From the human T2T-CHM13v2.0 reference genome, Homo sapiens: a stretch of 64,000 nucleotides of DNA. Below the pieces are notes generated by a model. It was not told the origin of the DNA, searched no databases, and saw only the letters and a program-made list of their open reading frames with translations. Made by a program: the position numbers and the translations under genes. Shown here piece by piece: positions 1-12,738 of this stretch. The stretch lies in NCBI RefSeq assembly GCF_009914755.1, contig NC_060948.1; one strand, 5' to 3'. The stretch's first letter is position 1. Each line of letters begins with the position of its first letter.

Positions 1-1997
1 AATAGATTGGAAACGGAATGCAAAGGAATGGAATGGAATAGTATGGAATGCAATGGAAGGGAATGGAGTGGAATAGACTAGAGTGGAATGGAATGGACTG
101 GAAAGCAATGGACTGGAATGGAACTTTCTTGGATGGACTGGAATCAAACGGAATGGAATGCAGTGCAATCAAATGGCATGGAATAAAATAGAATGAAAGA
201 GAATCAAATGGAATTGAATCGAATGGAATCGAATGGATTGGAAAGGAATAGAATGGAATGGAATGGAATTGACTCAAATGGAATGGACTAGAATGGAATG
301 GATTCGAATGGAAGGCAAAGGAATGGAATCTATTGGAATGGACTGTAATGGAATGGAATGGAAGGGATTGGAATGGACTCGAATGGAATGGACTGCAATA
401 GAAAGGATTCGAATGGAATGAAAAAGAATTGAATGGAATAGAACAGAATGGAATCAAATCGAATGAAATGGAATGGAATAGAAAGGAATGGAATGAAATG
501 GAATGGAAAGGATTCGAATGGAATGCAATCGAATGGAATGGAATCGAACGGAATGGAATAAAATGGAAGAAAACTGGCAAGAAATGGAATCGAAATGAAT
601 GGAGTGTTATGGAACGGACTCAAAAGGAATTGAATGTAATAGAATGGAGTGGAGTGGACTCGAATATAATGGACTGGAATGGAATGAAATCACATGGAAT
701 GGGAACGAATGGAATGGAATGGAAAGGAATGGAATCGAATGGAAAGGAATCGAATGGAAGGGAATGAAATTGAATCAACACGAATGGAAGGGAATAGAAT
801 AGACTGTAATGGAATGGACTCGAATAGAATGGACACGAATGCTCAAATTAAATGGACTCGAATGGAATGGAAACGAAAGGAATGTCATCGAATGGAATTG
901 AATCGATTGGAATGAAATCGCATAGAATGGAGTGGAATCAAATGGAATTGAATCGAAAGGAAAGGAAGCGAATGGACTGAAATGAAATGGAATGGAATTG
1001 AATGGAAAGTAATGCAATGGAATAGAATGGAACGAAATTTCACGGAATGGAATCAAACTGAATGGAATCAAATCAATGGAATCAAATCAAATGGAATGGA
1101 AAGGAATTGAATGGAGTAGATTGGATTGGATGGGATTGGAATGAAATGTACTGGAAAGGACTCGAATTTCATGAAACGGAATGGAATGAATTGGAACGGA
1201 ATGGACTCGAATGGAATGGAATGTCATGGGATGGCATCAAATGGAATGACATCAAATGGAATGGAATCGAATGCAATGGAATGCTATGGAATGGAATGGA
1301 ATGCATTGGAATGGAATGTCCTCTAATGGAATGGATTCGAGTGGAATGGAATTGAATATAATGGAGTCGAATGAAATGGAATTGAAAGGAATGGGATCGA
1401 ATACAATGGAATATACAGGAATGTAACGTAATGAACTCGAATGTAATTGACTGGAATGGAATGTACATGAATGGAATGTAATCGAATGGAAAGTAATCCA
1501 ATGGAATAGAATCTAATGCAATAAAATCGACTCAGATAGAGTAGAATGTAATGGAATGGAGTGCAGTGCAATGGAATGGAATGGAATGGAATGCAATGGA
1601 ATGGAATGGAATGGAATGGAATGGAATGGAATGGGATGGAATGGTATGGAATGGATAGTAATGGACTGGAGTGAAATGGACTGGAAAGGAATGGACTCAA
1701 ATTGAAAGGGCTCGAAAGGAATGGAGTCAAATGGAATGGTCTGGAATGGAATGAACACGAATGTAATGCAACCCAATAGAATGGAATCGAATGGCATGGA
1801 ATATAAAGAAATGGAATCGAAGAGAATGGAAACAAATGGAATGGAATTGAATGGAATGGAATTGAATGGAATGGGAACGAATGGAGTGAAATTGTATGCA
1901 GTAGAAGAGAATAGAATGGAATGCAAGCGAAAGGAAAGGAATGGATTGGAATGGAATGGAATTCATTGGAATGGAAGGGAATGTAGTGTAATGGACA
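1..1997 (+). repeat. Partial DYZ1 unit (U0, 3' part)
   Basis: Ends at the first GGCC (1998-2001); EcoRI GAATTC at 1959-1964; perfect tract (ATGGA)7 at 1596-1630. Confidence 0.9.
1596..1630 (+). repeat. Perfect (ATGGA)n microsatellite tract, present once per unit and variable in length (4-10 copies)
   Basis: Flanked by atgca and atgggatgg. Counted directly in U0 (7) and U10 (4); other units derived from the spacing of fixed flanking landmarks. Confidence 0.85.
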
Positions 1998-4900
1998 GGC
2001 CTGGAATAAAGTGGAATGCTACGGTCTCGAATGGAATAAAAATGTATGGAATGGAATGCAATGAAACGGAATCAAATGTCACAGAATGTAATGGAATGCA
2101 AAAAAATGGAATCCAAAATCATTGACTGGAAAGGCTGGGTGTCGAAAGGAATTGACTCCAATGGAATGGAATCGAATGGAATGGAAGTGAATAGAATCGA
2201 ACTAAATCGAATGGAATGGAATTGATAGGAACGGAATGGAAAGGAATGCAATGATTTGGCATGGAATGGAATCGAATGGCATCGAATGGAATGGAATGGA
2301 ATGCAATGGAATGGAATGTATTAGAATGTAATGAACTTTAATGGAATGTACTCGAATGGATTCGACTGGAATGGAATGTTCTGGAAGTGAATGGACTCCA
2401 ATGGAATGGATTCAAAAGGAATGGAATCGTACGGAATGGAATCTAATGGAATGGAATTAAATGGAAATGAATCAAATTGAATAGCACGGAATTGAATTGA
2501 ATGGAATGGAATGCAATGGAATCTAATGAAACGGAAAGGAAAGGAATGGAATGGAATGGAATGGGCTGGAATGGAAAGGAATCGAAACGAATGGAATGGA
2601 ATCGAAGTGAAGAGACTGGAATGGAATGCACTGGAATGGAAGGGAGTGTAATGGAAGGTTCTCGAAAAAAATGGAATCGAATGGAATGGAATTGAATGGA
2701 ACGGAATAGAGTCGAATGGAATTGAATGGAATGGAATGGACTAGAGTGAAATGGAATCGAACCACAAGGAATGGACAGGAATAGAATGGTCTCGAATTGA
2801 ATGGAATCGTATGGAATGGCATCAAACGGAATGGAATGGACAGCCACGGAATGGAATGCACTCGAATGCAATGGAGTCGAAACTAATGGACTGGAATAGA
2901 ATGGACTCGACTGGTACGGACTCCAATGGAATGGAATCGAATGGAAGGGAATCGAACGGAATGGAATCGAACGGAATGGACTCGAAGGGAAAAGACTGCA
3001 ATGGAAAGGTCTCGAATGGAATGGAAATTAATGGAATGGAATGGAATCGAATGAAATGGAGTCAAAAGGAATGGAATCGAATGGCAAGAAATCGAATGTA
3101 ATGGAATCGCCAGGAATTGATGTGAACGGAACGGAATGGAATGGAATCCAAAGGAATGGAATAGAATGGAATGGAATCGAATGGAAAGGACTCGAATGGA
3201 AATCACTCGAATAGAATGCAATTTAATAAAATAGGATCAAATGTAATGGAATGGAATGGAAAGGAATCGAAACGAAAGGAATGGAGACAGATGGAATGGA
3301 ATGGAACAGAGAGCAATGGTATAGAATGGAATGGAATCATCTGGAATGGAATTGAATGGAATGGAATAATATGAAATGGAATGGAATGGAATGGAATGGA
3401 ATGCCCTTGAATTAAATGGACTGGAATGGAATGGACTCAAACAGAGTGGAATGGAAAGTGTGGAGATAGAATGGAATGAACTCCTTTGGAATGGTGTAGT
3501 ATGCAATGCAATCGACTGGCAGGGAATCAAAAGGAATGTAATCGAATGGATTGGACTGGAATGCAATGGACTCGAATAGATTGGAAACGGAATGCAAAGG
3601 AATGGAATGGAATAGTATGGAATGCAATGGAAGGGAATGGAGTGGAATAGACTAGAGTGGAATGGAATGGACTGGAAAGCAATGGACTGGAATGGAACTT
3701 TCTTGGATGGACTGGAATCAAACGGAATGGAATGCAGTGCAATCAAATGGCATGGAATAAAATAGAATGAAAGAGAATCAAATGGAATTGAATCGAATGG
3801 AATCGAATGGATTGGAAAGGAATAGAATGGAATGGAATGGAATTGACTCAAATGGAATGGACTAGAATGGAATGGATTCGAATGGAAGGCAAAGGAATGG
3901 AATCTATTGGAATGGACTGTAATTTAATGGAATGGAAGGCATTGGAATGGACTCGAATGGAATGGACTGCAATAGAAAGGATTCGAATGGAATGAAAAAG
4001 AATTGAATGGAATAGAACAGAATGGAATCAAATCGAATGAAATGGAATGGAATAGAAAGGAATGGAATGAAATGGAATGGAAAGGATTCGAATGGAATGC
4101 AATCGAATGGAATGGAATCGAACGGAATGGAATAAAATGGAAGAAAACTGGCAAGAAATGGAATCGAAATGAATGGAGTGTTATGGAACGGACTCAAAAG
4201 GAATTGAATGTAATAGAATGGAGTGGAGTGGACTCGAATATAATGGACTGGAATGGAATGAAATCACATGGAATGGGAACGAATGGAATGGAATGGAAAG
4301 GAATGGAATCGAATGGAAAGGAATCGAATGGAAGGGAATGAAATTGAATCAACACGAATGGAAGGGAATAGAATAGACTGTAATGGAATGGACTCGAATA
4401 GAATGGACACGAATGCTCAAATTAAATGGACTCGAATGGAATGGAAACGAAAGGAATGTCATCGAATGGAATTGAATCGATTGGAATGAAATCGCATAGA
4501 ATGGAGTGGAATCAAATGGAATTGAATCGAAAGGAAAGGAAGCGAATGGACTGAAATGAAATGGAATGGAATTGAATGGAAAGTAATGCAATGGAATAGA
4601 ATGGAACGAAATTTCACGGAATGGAATCAAACTGAATGGAATCAAATCAATGGAATCAAATCAAATGGAATGGAAAGGAATTGAATGGAGTAGATGGGAT
4701 TGGATGGGATTGGAATGAAATGTACTGGAAAGGACTCGAATTTCATGAAACGGAATGGAATGAATTGGAACGGAATGGACTCGAATGGAATGGAATGTCA
4801 TGGGATGGCATCAAATGGAATGACATCAAATGGAATGGAATCGAATGCAATGGAATGCTATGGAATGGAATGGAATGCATTGGAATGGAATGTCCTCTAA

Positions 4901-5576
4901 TGGAATGGATTCGAGTGGAATGGAATTGAATATAATGGAGTCGAATGAAATGGAATTGAAAGGAATGGGATCGAATACAATGGAATATACAGGAATGTAA
5001 CGTAATGAACTCGAATGTAATTGACTGGAATGGAATGTACATGAATGGAATGTAATCGAATGGAAAGTAATCCAATGGAATAGAATCTAATGCAATAAAA
5101 TCGACTCAGATAGAGTAGAATGTAATGGAATGGAGTGCAGTGCAATGGAATGGAATGGAATGGAATGCAATGGAATGGAATGGAATGGAATGGAATGGAA
5201 TGGAATGGAATGGGATGGAATGGTATGGAATGGATAGTAATGGACTGGAGTGAAATGGACTGGAAAGGAATGGACTCAAATTGAAAGGGCTCGAAAGGAA
5301 TGGAGTCAAATGGAATGGTCTGGAATGGAATGAACACGAATGTAATGCAACCCAATAGAATGGAATCGAATGGCATGGAATATAAAGAAATGGAATCGAA
5401 GAGAATGGAAACAAATGGAATGGAATTGAATGGAATGGAATTGAATGGAATGGGAACGAATGGAGTGAAATTGTATGCAGTAGAAGAGAATAGAATGGAA
5501 TGCAAGCGAAAGGAAAGGAATGGATTGGAATGGAATGGAATTCATTGGAATGGAAGGGAATGTAGTGTAATGGACA
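1998..5576 (+). repeat. DYZ1 unit U1, 3,579 bp
   Basis: GGCC-to-GGCC spacing; private GG>TT at 3924-3925 and G>C at 3940; (ATGGA)8. Confidence 0.9.
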
Positions 5577-8500
5577 GGCCTGGAATAAAGTGGAATGCTA
5601 CGGTCTCGAATGGAATAAAAATGTATGGAATGGAAGGCAATGAAACGGAATCGAATGTCATAGAATGTAATGGAATGCAAAAAAATGGAATCCAAAATCA
5701 TTGACTGGAAAGGCTGGGTGTCGAAAGGAATTGACTCCAATGGAATGGAATCGAATGGAATGGAAGTGAATAGAATCGAACTAAATCGAATGGAATGGAA
5801 TTGATAGGAACGGAATGGAAAGGAATGCAATGATTTGGCATGGAATGGAATCGAATGGCATCGAATGGAATGGAATGGAATGCAATGGAATGGAATGTAT
5901 TAGAATGGAATGAACTTTAATGGAATGTACTCGAATGGATTCGACTGGAATGGAATGTTCTGGAAGTGAATGGACTCCAATGGAATGGATTCAAAAGGAA
6001 TGGAATCGTACGGAATGGAATCTAATGGAATGGAATTAAATGGAAATGAATCAAATTGAATAGCACGGAATTGAATTGAATGGAATGGAATGCAATGGAA
6101 TCTAATGAAACGGAAAGGAAAGGAATGGAATGGAATGGAATGGGCTGGAATGGAAAGGAATCGAAACGAATGGAATGGAATCGAAGTGAAGAGACTGGAA
6201 TGGAATGCACTGGAATGGAAGGGAGTGTAATGGAAGGTTCTCGAAAAAAATGGAATCGAATGGAATGGAATTGAATGGAACGGAATAGAGTCGAATGGAA
6301 TTGAATGGAATGGAATGGACTAGAGTGAAATGGAATCGAACCACAAGGAATGGACAGGAATAGAATGGTCTCGAATTGAATGGAATCGTATGGAATGGCA
6401 TCAAACGGAATGGAATGGACAGCCACGGAATGGAATGCACTCGAATGCAATGGAGTCGAAACTAATGGACTGGAATAGAATGGACTCGACTGGTACGGAC
6501 TCCAATGGAATGGAATCGAATGGAAGGGAATCGAACGGAATGGAATCGAACGGAATGGACTCGAAGGGAAAAGACTGCAATGGAAAGGTCTCGAATGGAA
6601 TGGAAATTAATGGAATGGAATGGAATCGAATGAAATGGAGTCAAAAGGAATGGAATCGAATGGCAAGAAATCGAATGTAATGGAATCGCCAGGAATTGAT
6701 GTGAACGGAACGGAATGGAATGGAATCCAAAGGAATGGAATAGAATGGAATGGAATCGAATGGAAAGGACTCGAATGGAAATCACTCGAATAGAATGCAA
6801 TTTAATAAAATAGGATCAAATGTAATGGAATGGAATGGAAAGGAATCGAAACGAAAGGAATGGAGACAGATGGAATGGAATGGAACAGAGAGCAATGGTA
6901 TAGAATGGAATGGAATCATCTGGAATGGAATTGAATGGAATGGAATAATATGAAATGGAATGGAATGGAATGGAATGGAATGCCCTTGAATTAAATGGAC
7001 TGGAATGGAATGGACTCAAACAGAGTGGAATGGAAAGTGTGGAGATAGAATGGAATGAACTCCTTTGGAATGGTGTAGTATGCAATGCAATCGACTGCAG
7101 GGAGTCAAAAGGTATGTAATCGAATGGATTGGACTGGAATGCAAAGGACTCGAATAGATTGGAAACGGAATGCAAAGGAATGGAATGGAATAGTATGGAA
7201 TGCAATGGAAGGGAATGCAGTGGAATAGACTAGAGTGGAATGGAATGGACTGGAAAGCAATGGACTGGAATGGAACTTTCTTGGATGGACTGGAATCAAA
7301 CGGAATGGAATGCAGTGCAATCAAATGGCATGGAATAAAATAGAATGAAAGAGAATCAAATGGAATTGAATCGAATGGAATCGAATGGATTGGAAAGGAA
7401 TAGAATGGAATGGAATGGAATTGACTCAAATGGAATGGACTAGAATGGAATGGATTCGAATGGAAGGCAAAGGAATGGAATCTATTGGAATGGACTGTAA
7501 TGGAATGGAATGGAAGGGATTGGAATGGACTCGAATGGAATGGACTGCAATAGAAAGGATTCGAATGGAATGAAAAAGAATTGAATGGAATAGAACAGAA
7601 TGGAATGAAATCGAATGAAATGGAATGGAATAGAAAGGAATGGAATGAAATGGAATGGAAAGGATTCGAATGGAATGCAATCGAATGGAATGGAATCGAA
7701 CGGAATGGAATAAAATGGAAGAAAACTGGCAAGAAATGGAATCGAAATGAATGGAGTGTTATGGAACGGACTCAAAAGGAATTGAATGTAATAGAATGGA
7801 GTGGAGTGGACTCGAATATAATGGACTGGAATGGAATGAAATCACATGGAATGGGAACGAATGGAATGGAATGGAAAGGAATGGAATCGAATGGAAAGGA
7901 ATCGAATGGAAGGGAATGAAATTGAATCAACACGAATGGAAGGGAATAGAATAGACTGTAATGGAATGGACTCGAATAGAATGGACACGAATGCTCAAAT
8001 TAAATGGACTCGAATGGAATGGAAACGAAAGGAATGTCATCGAATGGAATTGAATCGATTGGAATGAAATCGCATAGAATGGAGTGGAATCAAATGGAAT
8101 TGAATCGAAAGGAAAGGAAGCGAATGGACTGAAATGAAATGGAATGGAATTGAATGGAAAGTAATGCAATGGAATAGAATGGAACGAAATTTCACGGAAT
8201 GGAATCAAACTGAATGGAATCAAATCAATGGAATCAAATCAAATGGAATGGAAAGGAATTGAATGGAGTAGATGGGATTGGATGGGATTGGAATGAAATG
8301 TACTGGAAAGGACTCGAATTTCATGAAACGGAATGGAATGAATTGGAACGGAATGGACTCGAATGGAATGGAATGTCATGGGATGGCATCAAATGGAATG
8401 ACATCAAATGGAATGGAATCGAATGCAATGGAATGCTATGGAATGGAATGGAATGCATTGGAATGGAATGTCCGCTAATGGAATGGATTCGAGTGGAATG

Positions 8501-9159
8501 GAATTGAATATAATGGAGTCGAATGAAATGGAATTGAAAGGAATGGGATCGAATACAATGGAATATACTGGAATGTAACGTAATGAACTCGAATGTAATT
8601 GACTGGAATGGAATGTACATGAATGGAATGTAATCGAATGGAAAGTAATCCAATGGAATAGAATCTAATGCAATAAAATCGACTCAGATAGAGTAGAATG
8701 TAATGGAATGGAGTGCAGTGCAATGGAATGGAATGGAATGGAATGCAATGGAATGGAATGGAATGGAATGGAATGGAATGGAATGGAATGGAATGGGATG
8801 GAATGGTATGGAATGGATAGTAATGGACTGGAGTGAAATGGACTGGAAAGGAATGGACTCAAATTGAAAGGGCTCGAAAGGAATGGAGTCAAATGGAATG
8901 GTCTGGAATGGAATGAACACGAATGTAATGCAACCCAATAGAATGGAATCGAATGGCATGGAATATAAAGAAATGGAATCGAAGAGAATGGAAACAAATG
9001 GAATGGAATTGAATGGAATGGAATTGAATGGAATGGGAACGAATGGAGTGAAATTGTATGCAGTAGAAGAGAATAGAATGGAATGCAAGCGAAAGGAAAG
9101 GAATGGATTGGAATGGAATGGAATTCATTGGAATGGAAGGGAATGTAGTGTAATGGACA
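5577..9159 (+). repeat. DYZ1 unit U2, 3,583 bp
   Basis: GGCC spacing; carries a 1-bp deletion creating PstI CTGCAG at 7095-7100; (ATGGA)9. Confidence 0.9.
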
Positions 9160-12100
9160 GGCCTGGAATAAAGTGGAATGCTACGGTCTCGAATGGAATA
9201 AAAATGTATGGAATGGAATGCAATGAAACGGAATCGAATGTCATAGAATGTAATGGAATGCAAAAAAATGGAATCCAAAATCATTGACTGGAAAGGCTGG
9301 GTGTCGAAAGGAATTGACTCCAATGGAATGGAATCGAATGGAATGGAAGTGAATAGAATCGAACTAAATCGAATGGAATGGAATTGATAGGAACGGAATG
9401 GAAAGGAATGCAATGATTTGGCATGGAATGGAATCGAATGGCATCGAATGGAATGGAATGGAATGCAATGGAATGGAATGTATTAGAATGTAATGAACTT
9501 TAATGGAATGTACTCGAATGGATTCGACTGGAATGGAATGTTCTGGAAGTGAATGGACTCCAATGGAATGGATTCAAAAGGAATGGAATCGTACGGAATG
9601 GAATCTAATGGAATGGAATTAAATGGAAATGAATCAAATTGAATAGCACGGAATTGAATTGAATGGAATGGAATGCAATGGAATCTAATGAAACGGAAAG
9701 GAAAGGAATGGAATGGAATGGAATGGGCTGGAATGGAAAGGAATCGAAACGAATGGAATGGAATCGAAGTGAAGAGACTGGAATGGAATGCACTGGAATG
9801 GAAGGGAGTGTAATGCAAGGTTCTCGAAAAAAATGGAATCGAATGGAATGGAATTGAATGGAACGGAATAGAGTCGAATGGAATTGAATGGAATGGAATG
9901 GACTAGAGTGAAATGGAATCGAACCACAAGGAATGGACAGGAATAGAATGGTCTCGAATTGAATGGAATCGTATGGAATGGCATCAAACGGAATGGAATG
10001 GACAGCCACGGAATGGAATGCACTCGAATGCAATGGAGTCGAAACTAATGGACTGGAATAGAATGGACTCGACTGGTACGGACTCCAATGGAATGGAATC
10101 GAATGGAAGGGAATCGAACGGAATGGACTCGAAGGGAAAAGACTGCAATGGAAAGGTCTCGAATGGAATGGAAATTAATGGAATGGAATGGAATCGAATG
10201 AAATGGAGTCAAAAGGAATGGAATCGAATGGCAAGAAATCGAATGTAATGGAATCGCCAGGAATTGATGTGAACGGAACGGAATGGAATGGAATCCAAAG
10301 GAATGGAATAGAATGGAATGGAATCGAATGGAAAGGACTCGAATGGAAATCACTCGAATAGAATGCAATTTAATAAAATAGGATCAAATGTAATGGAATG
10401 GAATGGAAAGGAATCGAAACGAAAGGAATGGAGACAGATGGAATGGAATGGAACAGAGAGCAATGGTATAGAATGGAATGGAATCATCTGGAATGGAATT
10501 GAATGGAATGGAATAATATGAAATGGAATGGAATGGAATGGAATGGAATGGAATGCCCTTGAATTAAATGGACTGGAATGGAATGGACTCAAACAGAGTG
10601 GAATGGAAAGTGTGGAGATAGAATGGAATGAACTCCTTTGGAATGGTGTAGTATGCAATGCAATCGACTGGCAGGGAATCAAAAGGAATGTAATCGAATG
10701 GATTGGACTGGAGTGCAATGGACTCGAATAGATTGGAAACGGAATGCAAAGGAATGGAATGGAATAGTATGGAATGCAATGGAAGGGAATGGAGTGGGAT
10801 AGACTAGAGTGGAATGGAATGGACTGGAAAGCAATGGACTGGAATGGAACTTTCTTGGATGGACTGGAATCAAACGGAATGGAATGCAATGCAATCAAAT
10901 GGCATGGAATAAATTAGAATGAAAGAGAATCAAATGGAATTGAATCGAATGGAATCGAATGGATTGGAAAGGAATAGAATGGAATGGAATGGAATTGACT
11001 CAAATGGAATGGACTAGAATGGAATGGATTCGAATGGAAGGCAAAGGAATGGAATCTATTGGAATGGACTGTAATGGAATGGAATGGAAGGGATTGGAAT
11101 GGACTCGAATGGAATGGACTGCAATAGAAAGGATTCGAATGGAATGAAAAAGAATTGAATGGAATAGAACAGAATGGAATGAAATCGAATGAAATGGAAT
11201 GGAATAGAAAGGAATGGAATGAAATGGAATGGAAAGGATTCGAATGGAATGCAATCGAATGGAATGGAATCGAACGGAATGGAATAAAATGGAAGAAAAC
11301 TGGCAAGAAATGGAATCGAAATGAATGGAGTGTTATGGAACGGACTCAAAAGGAATTGAATGTAATAGAATGGAGTGGAGTGGACTCGAATATAATGGAC
11401 TGGAATGGAATGAAATCACATGGAATGGGAACGAATGGAATGGAATGGAAAGGAATGGAATCGAATGGAAAGGAATCGAATGGAAGGGAATGAAATTGAA
11501 TCAACACGAATGGAAGGGAATAGAATAGACTGTAATGGAATGGACTCGAATAGAATGGACACGAATGCTCAAATTAAATGGACTCGAATGGAATGGAAAC
11601 GAAAGGAATGTCATCGAATGGAATTGAATCGATTGGAATGAAATCGCATAGAATGGAGTGGAATCAAATGGAATTGAATCGAAAGGAAAGGAAGCGAATG
11701 GACTGAAATGAAATGGAATGGAATTGAATGGAAAGTAATGCAATGGAATAGAATGGAACGAAATTTCACGGAATGGAATCAAACTGAATGGAATCAAATC
11801 AATGGAATCAAATCACATGGAATGGAAAGGAATTGAATGGAGTAGATGGGATTGGATGGGATTGGAATGAAATGTACTGGAAAGGACTCGAATTTCATGA
11901 AACGGAATGGAATGAATTGGAACGGAATGGACTCGAATGGAATGGAATGTCATGGGATGGCATCCAATGGAATGGCATCAAATGGAATGGAATCGAATGC
12001 AATGGAATGCTATGGAATGGAATGGAATGCATTGGAATGGAATGTCCTCTAATGGAATGGATTCGAGTGGAATGGAATTGAATATAATGGAGTCGAATGA

Positions 12101-12738
12101 AATGGAATTGAAAGGAATGGGATCGAATACAATGGAATATACTGGAATGTAACGTAATGAACTCGAATGTAATTGACTGGAATGGAATGTACATGAATGG
12201 AATGTAATCGAATGGAAAGTAATCCAATGGAATAGAATCTAATGCAATAAAATCGACTCAGATAGAGTAGAATGTAATGGAATGGAGTGCAGTGCAATGG
12301 AATGGAATGGAATGGAATGCAATGGAATGGAATGGAATGGAATGGAATGGAATGGAATGGAATGGAATGGAATGGGATGGAATGGTATGGAATGGATAGT
12401 AATGGACTGGAGTGAAATGGACTGGAAAGGAATGGACTCAAATTGAAAGGGCTCGAAAGGAATGGAGTCAAATGGAATGGTCTGGAATGGAATGAACACG
12501 AATGTAATGCAACCCAATAGAATGGAATCGAATGGCATGGAATATAAAGAAATGGAATCGAAGAGAATGGAAACAAATGGAATGGAATTGAATGGAATGG
12601 AATTGAATGGAATGGGAACGAATGGAGTGAAATTGTATGCAGTAGAAGAGAATAGAATGGAATGCAAGCGAAAGGAAAGGAATGGATTGGAATGGAATGG
12701 AATTCATTGGAATGGAAGGGAATGTAGTGTAATGGACA
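9160..12738 (+). repeat. DYZ1 unit U3, 3,579 bp
   Basis: GGCC spacing; 15-bp deletion near 10110, extra pentamer near 10530; (ATGGA)10. Confidence 0.9.

Noticed and set aside
1093-1140. G-quadruplex or telomere-like tract (ggattggatgggattgg)
   Set aside because: Mostly GG dinucleotides, with at most two GGG runs; it is not a canonical G4 or TTAGGG repeat.
3222-3235. AATAAA poly(A)-signal-like motifs (tttaataaaata, and others near 182, 557, 1520, 2005, 2035)
   Set aside because: They arise readily from GAATA+AAATG pentamer variants, and there is no gene or clear GU-rich downstream context.
1998-5576. Internal ~1.8-kb half-unit periodicity, as in some autosomal HSat2/3 families
   Set aside because: Distinctive landmarks occur once per 3.6 kb and I could not see paired halves by eye; an autocorrelation analysis would be needed to exclude an ancient one.
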